61,709 nt of DNA from Elusimicrobiota bacterium (lineage in GTDB: Bacteria; Elusimicrobiota; Elusimicrobia; JACQJP01): positions 1 to 61,709 of the forward strand of contig JACQJP010000032.1 of assembly GCA_016204975.1 (NCBI GenBank). The letters run 5' to 3'. Below are positions 53,705 to 61,079 of this stretch, in pieces. Position 1 is the stretch's first letter, and every line of letters begins with the position of its first letter. A program made the translations under genes and the position numbers. The notes below the pieces were generated by a model. It had not been told where the DNA came from, made no database searches, and saw only the letters and a list, made by a program, of their open reading frames with translations.

Positions 53705-54217
53705 ATGGGCATCATCTTAGAGAAACTGCCGGGCATCACCAAGGGGCTTCCAGGGGGAGAACTCCTGCTGACCACGGCGGATGCCTTTATCAATTGGTCC
53801 CGGAAGTCTTCCTTGTGGCCCTTGACATTCGGGCTGGCTTGCTGCGCGATCGAGATGATGGGCTCTTATGCCTCCCGCTTTGATCTGGACCGCTTCGGGA
53901 TCATCCCCCGGCCCTCCGCCCGGCAGGCGGATGTGATGATCATCGCCGGGACGGTGGTCAAGAAAATGGCGGAGCCCATCCGCACCTTGTACCACCAGAT
54001 GCCGGAACCTCGATTTGTGATCTCCATGGGAAGCTGCGCTAACTGCGGGGGGCCTTACTACGACTCCTATTCCGTCGTCAAAGGGGTGGACCGCATCATT
54101 CCGGTGGACGTCTACATCGCGGGATGCCCTCCTAGGCCGGAGGCCCTGCAATACGCCATTGTGAAGCTTCAAGAAAAAATCCAGAAGATGAGGCTCGCCG
54201 ATGCAGCGAGGAGTTAG
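53705..54217 (+). CDS. nuoB: NADH-quinone oxidoreductase subunit B homologue (orphan copy)
   Basis: ..[42 protein letters not shown]: all four N2 [4Fe-4S] cysteine positions are present. No other nuo genes flank it. Confidence 0.85.
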   Translation: MGIILEKLPGITKGLPGGELLLTTADAFINWSRKSSLWPLTFGLACCAIEMMGSYASRFDLDRFGIIPRPSARQADVMIIAGTVVKKMAEPIRTLYHQMPEPRFVISMGSCANCGGPYYDSYSVVKGVDRIIPVDVYIAGCPPRPEALQYAIVKLQEKIQKMRLADAARS

Positions 54218-55088
54218 TTCCTCCCTCCCCTCTTGGCTCAGGGTCCGCCCTCCCTCCGGGAAAAACTATCACCGCATCCGGGAGCTTTTGGGTCGCTACG
54301 GCCTGCACACGGTTTGTGAGGAGGCGCGCTGCCCCAATGTGGCGGAATGCTGGGGAGGGGGAACGGCCACCTTCATGGTTTTGGGGGACCTCTGCACGCG
54401 GGGATGTCATTTTTGTTCGGTTCAGACTCGCCGGAGGGGGCGCCCCTTGGATCAGGACGAGCCCGCCCATTTGGCGCAGGTCTTGGGGAAGCTGGCCTTA
54501 AGCTATGTGGTTTTGACCTCCGTTTGCCGGGACGATCTCCCCGATCAGGGGGCGGGGCATTTTGCGGAATGCATCCGGCAGGTCAAGCGGGCAAATCCCG
54601 GGATCCTGGTAGAGGTTTTAATTTCGGATTTTGAGGAGGAGGGCTTAGACCGCGTGCTGGGGGCCGGTCCGGACGTGGTGGCGCACAACCTGGAAACGGT
54701 GGAGCGCCTGACCCCTGCGGTGAGGGATCCTCGGGCCGGTTATGTCAAATCCCTGCAGGTTTTAAGGAAACTGAAGCAGAAAAAGCCCGCAGGCTACACG
54801 AAATCCTCCTTGATGGTAGGGTTGGGTGAGAAGGAGGAAGAGTTGGTGGAGGGGATGCGGGATTTGAAGGGGGCGGGAGTGGATATTTTGACCTTAGGCC
54901 AGTATTTGAGGCCTAGCGGCAAGGTCCGGCATCTTCCCGTGACGGAGTTTGTAGCTCCGGAGCGGTTTGTAAGACTTAGGGAAATCGCCCTCTCGCTGGG
55001 TTTTCTCTATGTGGCCAGCGGGCCTTTTGTGCGCAGCTCCTACCGGGCGGGCGAGTTTTTTATGGAGGCTACTTCCCTTGCCGCTTAA
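54201..55088 (+). CDS. lipA: Lipoyl synthase
   Basis: ..[17 protein letters not shown].. (auxiliary cluster) and ..[10 protein letters not shown].. (radical-SAM CxxxCxxC). Overlaps nuoB by 17 nt. Confidence 0.93.
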   Translation: MQRGVSSSLPSWLRVRPPSGKNYHRIRELLGRYGLHTVCEEARCPNVAECWGGGTATFMVLGDLCTRGCHFCSVQTRRRGRPLDQDEPAHLAQVLGKLALSYVVLTSVCRDDLPDQGAGHFAECIRQVKRANPGILVEVLISDFEEEGLDRVLGAGPDVVAHNLETVERLTPAVRDPRAGYVKSLQVLRKLKQKKPAGYTKSSLMVGLGEKEEELVEGMRDLKGAGVDILTLGQYLRPSGKVRHLPVTEFVAPERFVRLREIALSLGFLYVASGPFVRSSYRAGEFFMEATSLAA

Positions 55089-56217
55089 AAGGCTTGCGGA
55101 ATATCGAGTGGAGCGGCTGGAGGTGTTGGATTGCGAAGGCCGCTGCGATCCCGCTTTGAAGCCGCAGTTGCGTCCCGATCAGATCCGCGAGATCTATCGG
55201 CTGATGGTGACTTCTCGCCGCTTCGATGAGAAGGCCTTTAGGCTTCAGCGGCAGGGGCGGCTGGGGACCTATGCTCCGATCTCCGGACAAGAGGCCTCTC
55301 AGGTGGCGCCTCCTTATTGTCTGCAGAAGTCGGACTGGATGGTTCCCACCTATCGGAGCGCCGGAGCCTATTATACCCGGGGTGTGCCCTTCAAGAACAT
55401 TTTGATCTACTGGGGGGGGGATGCCCGGGGAGCCAGGGTCGCGCCGGATCAGAGGGACCTGTTCCCAACCATCTGCATCGCCACCCAGATTCCCTTTGCG
55501 GTGGGGTTGGCTTGGGGAGCCAAGCTCAAGGCGCAGAAGGAAAAAAAGACAAGCGAGGTGGTGCTTTGCTATTTTGGGGATGGGGCCACCTCCAAGGCCG
55601 ATTTTCACGAGGGGCTGAACTTTGCCGGGGTTTTTCGGCTGCCGATCATCTTTGTCTGCGAGAACAACCAATGGGCCATCTCGCTTCCCAGAAGCCGCCA
55701 GACCGCCGCTCCCACCTTTTCTCAAAGAGCCTTTTCCTATGGGATGGAGGGGATTCAGGTGGACGGCAATGACGTCTTTGCCGTGCATCGCGCAACCCAA
55801 GCGGCGGTGGAGCGGGCGCGCGCAGGGAAAGGGCCCACCTTGGTGGAGTGCGAGACCTACCGCCTGGGGGATCACACCACCGCTGATGACGCCTCCCGCT
55901 ACCGCAGTGCGGAGGAGGTCGCCAGGTGGCAAAAGCTGGATCCCATTGTGCGCCTGAAGAAGTATATGCTTCAGGAAAGGCTCTGGAGCGAAGCGGAGGA
56001 GACGAAACTCTCCAGCGAGGCGGATCTGGTTGTAGAGGCGGCGGTGGAGGAGGCGGAGGCTTTTGCGGCTCCAAACCCGGTAAGCTTTTTTGACCATACC
56101 TTTGCGGAGCTTCCCTGGAATGTTTTAGAGCAGAGGAAGGCGCTGGAGGAATATCTAAAGGAAAAGGACTCTAGAAAAGACACTGTGATTTTGGACAAGG
56201 AAGGCCGCTTTCCATGA
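55078..56217 (+). CDS. 2-oxoacid dehydrogenase E1 alpha subunit (PdhA/BkdA/AcoA type, TPP-binding)
   Basis: ..YFGDGATSKADFHEGLNFA..IIFVCENNQWAIS.. TPP motif. Start is uncertain: TTG 55078 is proposed, the track ORF starts at 55009 inside lipA. Confidence 0.85.
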   Translation: MPLKRLAEYRVERLEVLDCEGRCDPALKPQLRPDQIREIYRLMVTSRRFDEKAFRLQRQGRLGTYAPISGQEASQVAPPYCLQKSDWMVPTYRSAGAYYTRGVPFKNILIYWGGDARGARVAPDQRDLFPTICIATQIPFAVGLAWGAKLKAQKEKKTSEVVLCYFGDGATSKADFHEGLNFAGVFRLPIIFVCENNQWAISLPRSRQTAAPTFSQRAFSYGMEGIQVDGNDVFAVHRATQAAVERARAGKGPTLVECETYRLGDHTTADDASRYRSAEEVARWQKLDPIVRLKKYMLQERLWSEAEETKLSSEADLVVEAAVEEAEAFAAPNPVSFFDHTFAELPWNVLEQRKALEEYLKEKDSRKDTVILDKEGRFP

Positions 56218-57263
56218 AGGACCCGGTCTTAGTAAAGGAGAGCGCGGTGCATCCAAAAAAAACCTCCCCGGTCGAGTCTTCTTCTACGAAAGACCTCAAT
56301 CTTGTCCAGGCGGTCAATCTGGGTTTGCGTCAGGAAATGCAAAGGGATGACCGGGTGATCGTTTTGGGGGAGGATGTGGGGGTCAACGGAGGGGTCTTTC
56401 GCGTGACGGAGGGCCTGCAAAAGGAGTTCGGGGAAAGTCGCGTGGTGGATACCCCCTTGGCGGAGTTGGGCATTGTGGGGGCTTCCATCGGGTTGGCGAT
56501 GTATGGCTTGCGGCCGGTGGCCGAGATTCAGTTCGACGGATTTTTGCCGCCCATCTTCGACCAGATCATCTCCCACGCTGGGCGCATGCGCAGTCGCTCT
56601 CTCGGCCGCTTTACGGTTCCCATGGTCGTGCGTTCTCCGCACGGAGGGCTGGTGCATGCCCCAGAGCACCACTCCGAAAGTCCGGAGGCCTATTTCGCCC
56701 ATACCCCGGGCATCAAGGTGGTGATCCCCTCCAATCCCTATGACGCCAAGGGCTTGATCGTCTCGGCGATCCGGGACCCGGATCCGGTCATTTTCTTCGA
56801 GCCCAAGCGGATATACCGCTCGGTGAAAGCTCCCGTGCCGCAAAGGGAATATACGGTTCCCATAGGTCAAGCCCAGGTGGTACGCCCGGGCAAGGAGGTG
56901 ACGCTGATCGCTTGGGGAGCGATGGTGCACACCTGCCTCCAGGCGGCCGCTTACTTGAGTGAGGAGCACGTGGAGGTGGAGGTGGTGGATTTGAGAACCC
57001 TGGCGCCTTTGGATCTGGAGACCATCTTGGAATCCGTCTCTCGAACCGGACGGGCGGTCATCGCTCAGGAGGCTCCGCGCACCTGCAGCCTGGGCTCGGA
57101 GATCAGCGCTTTAATCCATGAGAGGGCGCTGCTCAAACTCCAGGCTCCGGTAGTGCGCGTGACGGGCTATGATGTTCCCACCCCGCTTTATAAGCTGGAA
57201 AAATATTACTTCCCGGATGTGGATCGCGTGGTTCGGGGAATTCGGGAGACCCTCAAGTTTTAG
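56214..57263 (+). CDS. 2-oxoacid dehydrogenase E1 beta subunit
   Basis: Transketolase-like pyrimidine-binding and C-terminal domains (..VVDTPLAELGIVG..IFFEPKRIY..VVDLRTLAPLD..). ATGA overlap with E1 alpha. Confidence 0.9.
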   Translation: MKDPVLVKESAVHPKKTSPVESSSTKDLNLVQAVNLGLRQEMQRDDRVIVLGEDVGVNGGVFRVTEGLQKEFGESRVVDTPLAELGIVGASIGLAMYGLRPVAEIQFDGFLPPIFDQIISHAGRMRSRSLGRFTVPMVVRSPHGGLVHAPEHHSESPEAYFAHTPGIKVVIPSNPYDAKGLIVSAIRDPDPVIFFEPKRIYRSVKAPVPQREYTVPIGQAQVVRPGKEVTLIAWGAMVHTCLQAAAYLSEEHVEVEVVDLRTLAPLDLETILESVSRTGRAVIAQEAPRTCSLGSEISALIHERALLKLQAPVVRVTGYDVPTPLYKLEKYYFPDVDRVVRGIRETLKF

Positions 57264-57271
57264 GAAAAACC

Positions 57272-58453
57272 ATGGCTTTTGAATTTAAACTGCCGGATGT
57301 GGGGGAGGGCTTAAGCGAAGGCGAGATCATCCAATGGCATATCCGCGAGGGGGAAGCGGTCCATGCGGATCAAAAGATGGTGGATGTGTTGACCGATAAG
57401 GCCACGGTGGAGATCTCCAGCCCCAAGGCAGGTACGATACTGAAGATTTTGGCGGACCCCGGCCAGGTGGTCCGGGTGGGGGAGCCCATCGTGGTCATAG
57501 GACAGAAGGGGGAGAGTTTTTCTGCCCAAGGAAACAACCCCATCCCTTCTTCGGCCTCTGCCGGCCGAGGCACTGCATCCGTCGCCCGGATGGTCCCTGC
57601 TTCCGAGGTTCAGGGCGGAGTTTTGGCCACCCCCGCGGTCCGGAACCTGGCGAAGGAGCTCAAGGTGGATTTAAGCCGAATTTCCGGCAAGGGCCCACAA
57701 GGGCGCATTACCGAGGAGGATGTGCGTCGGGTGGCTGCTCCAGCGGAGGCGTCCGCACGCAGACCGGAGGAAAGAATTCCTGTGCGCGGCATCCGCAGGC
57801 GCACCGCGGAGAAGATGGCGGAGTCTTGGGCTAAAATCCCCCACGTCACCCATTTTGAGCAAGCCGATGTCACGGAGCTGGTGGCCTTGCGGGAAGAGCA
57901 AAAAGGCAAGGCGGCCTCCGAGGGAGTCAAACTCACCTACCTGCCCTACATTCTTGTGGCAACCGTGAAGGCGCTCAAGCAGTTTCCCCATCTCAATAGC
58001 TCTTGGGATGAATCAGAGAATGAAATTGTGCTCAAAAGGTACTACTGCCTGGCGGTGGCCACCGCCACCGAGCATGGCCTGTTTACGCCGGTCATCAAGG
58101 ATTGCGACCGCTTGGGAATTTTTGATTTGGCGAAGGAGCTGGACCGTTTGACCCAAAAAGCCAAGAAGAATCAGTTGGAGCTTTCGGAGATTTCAGGGGG
58201 AACCTTTACCGTCACCAACGTAGGCCCCATCGGCGGGGTCTACGCCACCCCCATCATCAACTACCCGGAGGCGGCCATCCTGGGGGTTTTGAAGATCGCT
58301 CAGAAGCCTGTCGTTCGAGAGGGCCAGGTGATCATCCGGGATATTTTAAATCTTGTGCTTTCTTTTGACCACCGGATTTTGGATGGGGCCGAGGCAGCGG
58401 AGTTCATGAAGACCCTGGTCCAGTCCCTAGAAAACCCCCGGACCCTCGTTTAG
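57272..58453 (+). CDS. Dihydrolipoamide acyltransferase E2
   Basis: Lipoyl domain (..VDVLTDKATVEISSP..), E3-binding domain (..ATPAVRNLAKELKVDLS..) and catalytic ..SFDHRILDGA... Confidence 0.92.
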   Translation: MAFEFKLPDVGEGLSEGEIIQWHIREGEAVHADQKMVDVLTDKATVEISSPKAGTILKILADPGQVVRVGEPIVVIGQKGESFSAQGNNPIPSSASAGRGTASVARMVPASEVQGGVLATPAVRNLAKELKVDLSRISGKGPQGRITEEDVRRVAAPAEASARRPEERIPVRGIRRRTAEKMAESWAKIPHVTHFEQADVTELVALREEQKGKAASEGVKLTYLPYILVATVKALKQFPHLNSSWDESENEIVLKRYYCLAVATATEHGLFTPVIKDCDRLGIFDLAKELDRLTQKAKKNQLELSEISGGTFTVTNVGPIGGVYATPIINYPEAAILGVLKIAQKPVVREGQVIIRDILNLVLSFDHRILDGAEAAEFMKTLVQSLENPRTLV

Positions 58454-58480
58454 CCCCCCTTTCCTTCAAAGCACTTGACT

Positions 58481-59902
58481 ATGGCGAGACAGACGCAGAC
58501 TTTGATCATCGGGGCCGGTCCCGGCGGCTACGTCGCGGCCTTAAAGCTGGGTCAGCTGGGGCGCAAGGCGCTTCTGGTGGATAGGGATGCCTTGGGAGGC
58601 GAATGTTTGAATTACGGTTGCATCCCTTCCAAGGCCTTGATCTCGGCGGCCCGTTTGGTTCACAGGGCTAAAAACTCCAAAGAGGCTGGCATTGAGCTGG
58701 AGGGACTTCGCGTCAATCTGGAGAAGCTTCAAGCATGGAAGGAGGGTCTCATCCGAAGCCTCCAGGGCGGCATCCAGACACTTTGCCGGGGAAACCAGGT
58801 GGAGGTTTTGAAGGGAACCGCTCGGTTTCTTTCCCCGAAGGAGGCGGAGGTAGCTTCCGACGGGCAGGGTCCGGAGAAGGTTGCTTTCGAGAATGCCGTC
58901 GTAGCCACCGGTTCCTCTCCTATGGAGCTGCCGAAATTTAAGCTGGATGGCAGTCGGGTCTTGAGCTCCAAGGAGGCCTTGGAGCTTCGACGGCTTCCGC
59001 AGAGGCTCACGGTGATCGGAGGGGGGGTCATTGGATTGGAGATCGGAACGCTTTATGCCCAGCTGGGCAGCCAGGTCACCGTGGTGGAGTACATGGACCA
59101 GCTTCTTGCGGGCATCTCCCCGGATTTGGTTCAGGTGGTGGTCAAGTCTTTGAAAAAAATGGGGGTGGAAGTTTACACCGGGTCTAAGGCCTTGGAATAC
59201 CGGCAAAAGGAGGGAGCGCTGGAAGTCGTCATCCAGACGCCTCAGGGATCGGTTCAAGTCGTCGCCGATCGAATCCTCTTGAGTGTGGGACGAAGGCCCC
59301 ATACGGAGAACTTGGGTCTGGAGGCCCTTGGAGTCCGGTTGGATGAGCAGGGTTTTATCCGGGCGGGAGAGAATTTTGAGACCACGGTTTCTGGAATTTA
59401 TGCCATTGGGGATGTGGCCGGCCCACCCTTCTTGGCCCATAAGGCCTCCCGGGAGGGAGTTCTCTTGGCGGAGTTTTTGTGCGGGAAAGTCCGCTCCCCT
59501 GCCTGGAATGGAATCAAAGGTTTGGTGCCCTGGGCCATTTTTACCGACCCGGAGATCGCTGCGGTGGGATTGAGTGAGAAGGAGGCGAAGGCCGGCGGGC
59601 GGGAGGTTTTGGCGGGAAGGTTCCCTTTCGCCGCCAGCGGTCGGGCCTTGACCTCTCGGGAGCCGGAAGGGTTTGTGAAGGTGATTGCGGATAAGGAGAG
59701 CCAGAAGATTTTGGGGGCGGAGATGGTCGGGCCGGAGGCCTCCGATCTGATCAGCGAGGCGTGTCTGGCGATTCGGCTGGGAGCCACCTTATCCGACGTC
59801 GCCTCCACCATCCACCCCCATCCGACCCTCCCGGAAGCTTTCCATGAGGCTGCCGAGGCGGCCCTAGGTCAGGCCATTCATCTCTTGGCCAAAAAGGCAT
59901 AA
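58481..59902 (+). CDS. lpdA: Dihydrolipoyl dehydrogenase E3
   Basis: GAGPGGY, redox-active GGECLNYGCIPSK and C-terminal ..HPHPTLPE... The track starts at TTG 58475; ATG 58481 is preferred. Confidence 0.93.
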   Translation: MARQTQTLIIGAGPGGYVAALKLGQLGRKALLVDRDALGGECLNYGCIPSKALISAARLVHRAKNSKEAGIELEGLRVNLEKLQAWKEGLIRSLQGGIQTLCRGNQVEVLKGTARFLSPKEAEVASDGQGPEKVAFENAVVATGSSPMELPKFKLDGSRVLSSKEALELRRLPQRLTVIGGGVIGLEIGTLYAQLGSQVTVVEYMDQLLAGISPDLVQVVVKSLKKMGVEVYTGSKALEYRQKEGALEVVIQTPQGSVQVVADRILLSVGRRPHTENLGLEALGVRLDEQGFIRAGENFETTVSGIYAIGDVAGPPFLAHKASREGVLLAEFLCGKVRSPAWNGIKGLVPWAIFTDPEIAAVGLSEKEAKAGGREVLAGRFPFAASGRALTSREPEGFVKVIADKESQKILGAEMVGPEASDLISEACLAIRLGATLSDVASTIHPHPTLPEAFHEAAEAALGQAIHLLAKKA

Positions 59903-59905
59903 CCA

Positions 59906-60565
59906 GTGCTGCTTACCTGTGTTTCCTCAGCGACCTCTGCCGGCTCATTGAAGGGATCAGCCTTTCGAGTTGTCGACTTGGGTTTGCGGGATTACCGGAA
60001 GGTCTGGACCCTGCAAAAGGAACTGGTGCGCAGGAGATCTGCGGGGAAGATTCCGGATACCCTTCTTTTGGTTGAGCACTCCCCTGTCTATACGGTTGGG
60101 AGGGGTTTGCGCAAGGATTCCCAGGATATCCCTTCTTCCATTCCCGTCTATGAGGTGGAGCGTGGAGGGGGCGTCACCTATCATGGCCCCGGCCAGTTGG
60201 CGGGGTACCCCATTCTCCATCTGCAGGAAAAGAACCTTAAAATTTCGGATTATTTTCGGTTGCTGGAGGAGGTGATTCTGCAGACCTTGGCAGCTTTCGA
60301 TATCTCCGGCAATAGGATTCGGGGATTTCGCGGGGTGTGGGTGGAAAAAAAGAAAATCGCCTCCATCGGCATCGCCGTCTCCCAGGGGATCGCCTACCAC
60401 GGTTTTGCGTTGAACGTCAATCCTGACTTGGATTTTTTTGAAAAAATTTGTCCCTGCGGCCTCCAGCCTTCCTCCATGACCTCGATGGAAAAAATTCTAA
60501 ACGGCTCTCCTTCCATGGCGGCGGTCCGGCAGGAACTCTCCTCCACCTTCCGGTCTACTTTCTAG
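59906..60565 (+). CDS. lipB: Octanoyltransferase LipB
   Basis: ..LLLVEHSPVYTVGR..RGGGVTYHGPGQL..KIASIGI..HGFALNV.. motifs. Closes the lipoate/ODH cluster. Confidence 0.88.
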   Translation: MLLTCVSSATSAGSLKGSAFRVVDLGLRDYRKVWTLQKELVRRRSAGKIPDTLLLVEHSPVYTVGRGLRKDSQDIPSSIPVYEVERGGGVTYHGPGQLAGYPILHLQEKNLKISDYFRLLEEVILQTLAAFDISGNRIRGFRGVWVEKKKIASIGIAVSQGIAYHGFALNVNPDLDFFEKICPCGLQPSSMTSMEKILNGSPSMAAVRQELSSTFRSTF

Positions 60566-60628
60566 CACGCTGGCGCCCCCTGGGGGGCGCTTGGCGGGCG
60601 CCCGAAGCACTGCGAAGGGTGCTAAAGG
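60562..60628 (+). repeat. Family-2 mini-element, copy g (intergenic, starts at the lipB stop codon)
   Basis: ctagcacgctgGCGCCCCctgGGGGCGCttggcgggcgcccgaagcactgcgaagggtgcta. Confidence 0.8.
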
Positions 60629-60716
60629 GACCTTTGGTCCCGGAGGTTTTTGGCAAAGGTCCTAGGAACTCCTAGGACCTTTTTCTTTTGTTTTCTAGGA
60701 CTTTGGACCCATAGAG
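60625..60716 (+). repeat. Family-3 repeat, copy 3 (downstream of lipB)
   Basis: gggacctttggtcccggaggtttttggcAAAGGTCCTAGGaactCCTAGGACCTTTttc..ctaggactttggaccc. Contains a perfect 12-bp inverted repeat. Confidence 0.7.
60654..60694 (+). terminator. Rho-independent terminator after lipB
   Basis: 12-bp perfect stem AAAGGTCCTAGG-aact-CCTAGGACCTTT followed by ttttcttttgtttt. Confidence 0.7.
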
Positions 60717-60746
60717 GTTTTATGGGGATGTGGTAGCATTGATTCA

Positions 60747-61079
60747 ATGCCGATTAAGAAAGGGAAACCAGCAGCTACTAAGGAGGATGTAACCAGCGCT
60801 GTAGGTTCCGCTACGAAGGCGCTTCGCACGGAAATCCATAGAGCTGTAGATTCGGCGAAATCAGAGCTTCGCACGGAAATCCGCAGTGTTGACCAAAAGA
60901 CTGACCGGATTGCCAAAGAGTTGGTGAATACACAGTGTGAGATGAGGCAGATGAAGCAAGATCTCTCAAACCTCATCACGGAAGGCAACTCGAGGATTTT
61001 TAAGCTGCTGGAAGATTGTGCCTCGGATATCCGAAAGATTGACCATCGCCAGGTAATCACCACGGGAGGTAAATCATGA
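60747..61079 (+). CDS. Small coiled-coil protein (hypothetical)
   Basis: 110 aa, heptad-rich. An internal 17-nt exact direct repeat (gcttcgcacggaaatcc at 60821 and 60866, 45 nt apart) gives ..LRTEIHRAVDSAKSELRTEIRSV... G+C looks lower than the flanks. Confidence 0.5.
   Translation: MPIKKGKPAATKEDVTSAVGSATKALRTEIHRAVDSAKSELRTEIRSVDQKTDRIAKELVNTQCEMRQMKQDLSNLITEGNSRIFKLLEDCASDIRKIDHRQVITTGGKS

Noticed and set aside
53705-54217. nuoB as evidence of a respiratory complex I operon here
   Set aside because: No nuoA or nuoC-N genes flank it. The neighbours are a small membrane protein (divergent) and lipA. It is treated as an orphan copy instead.
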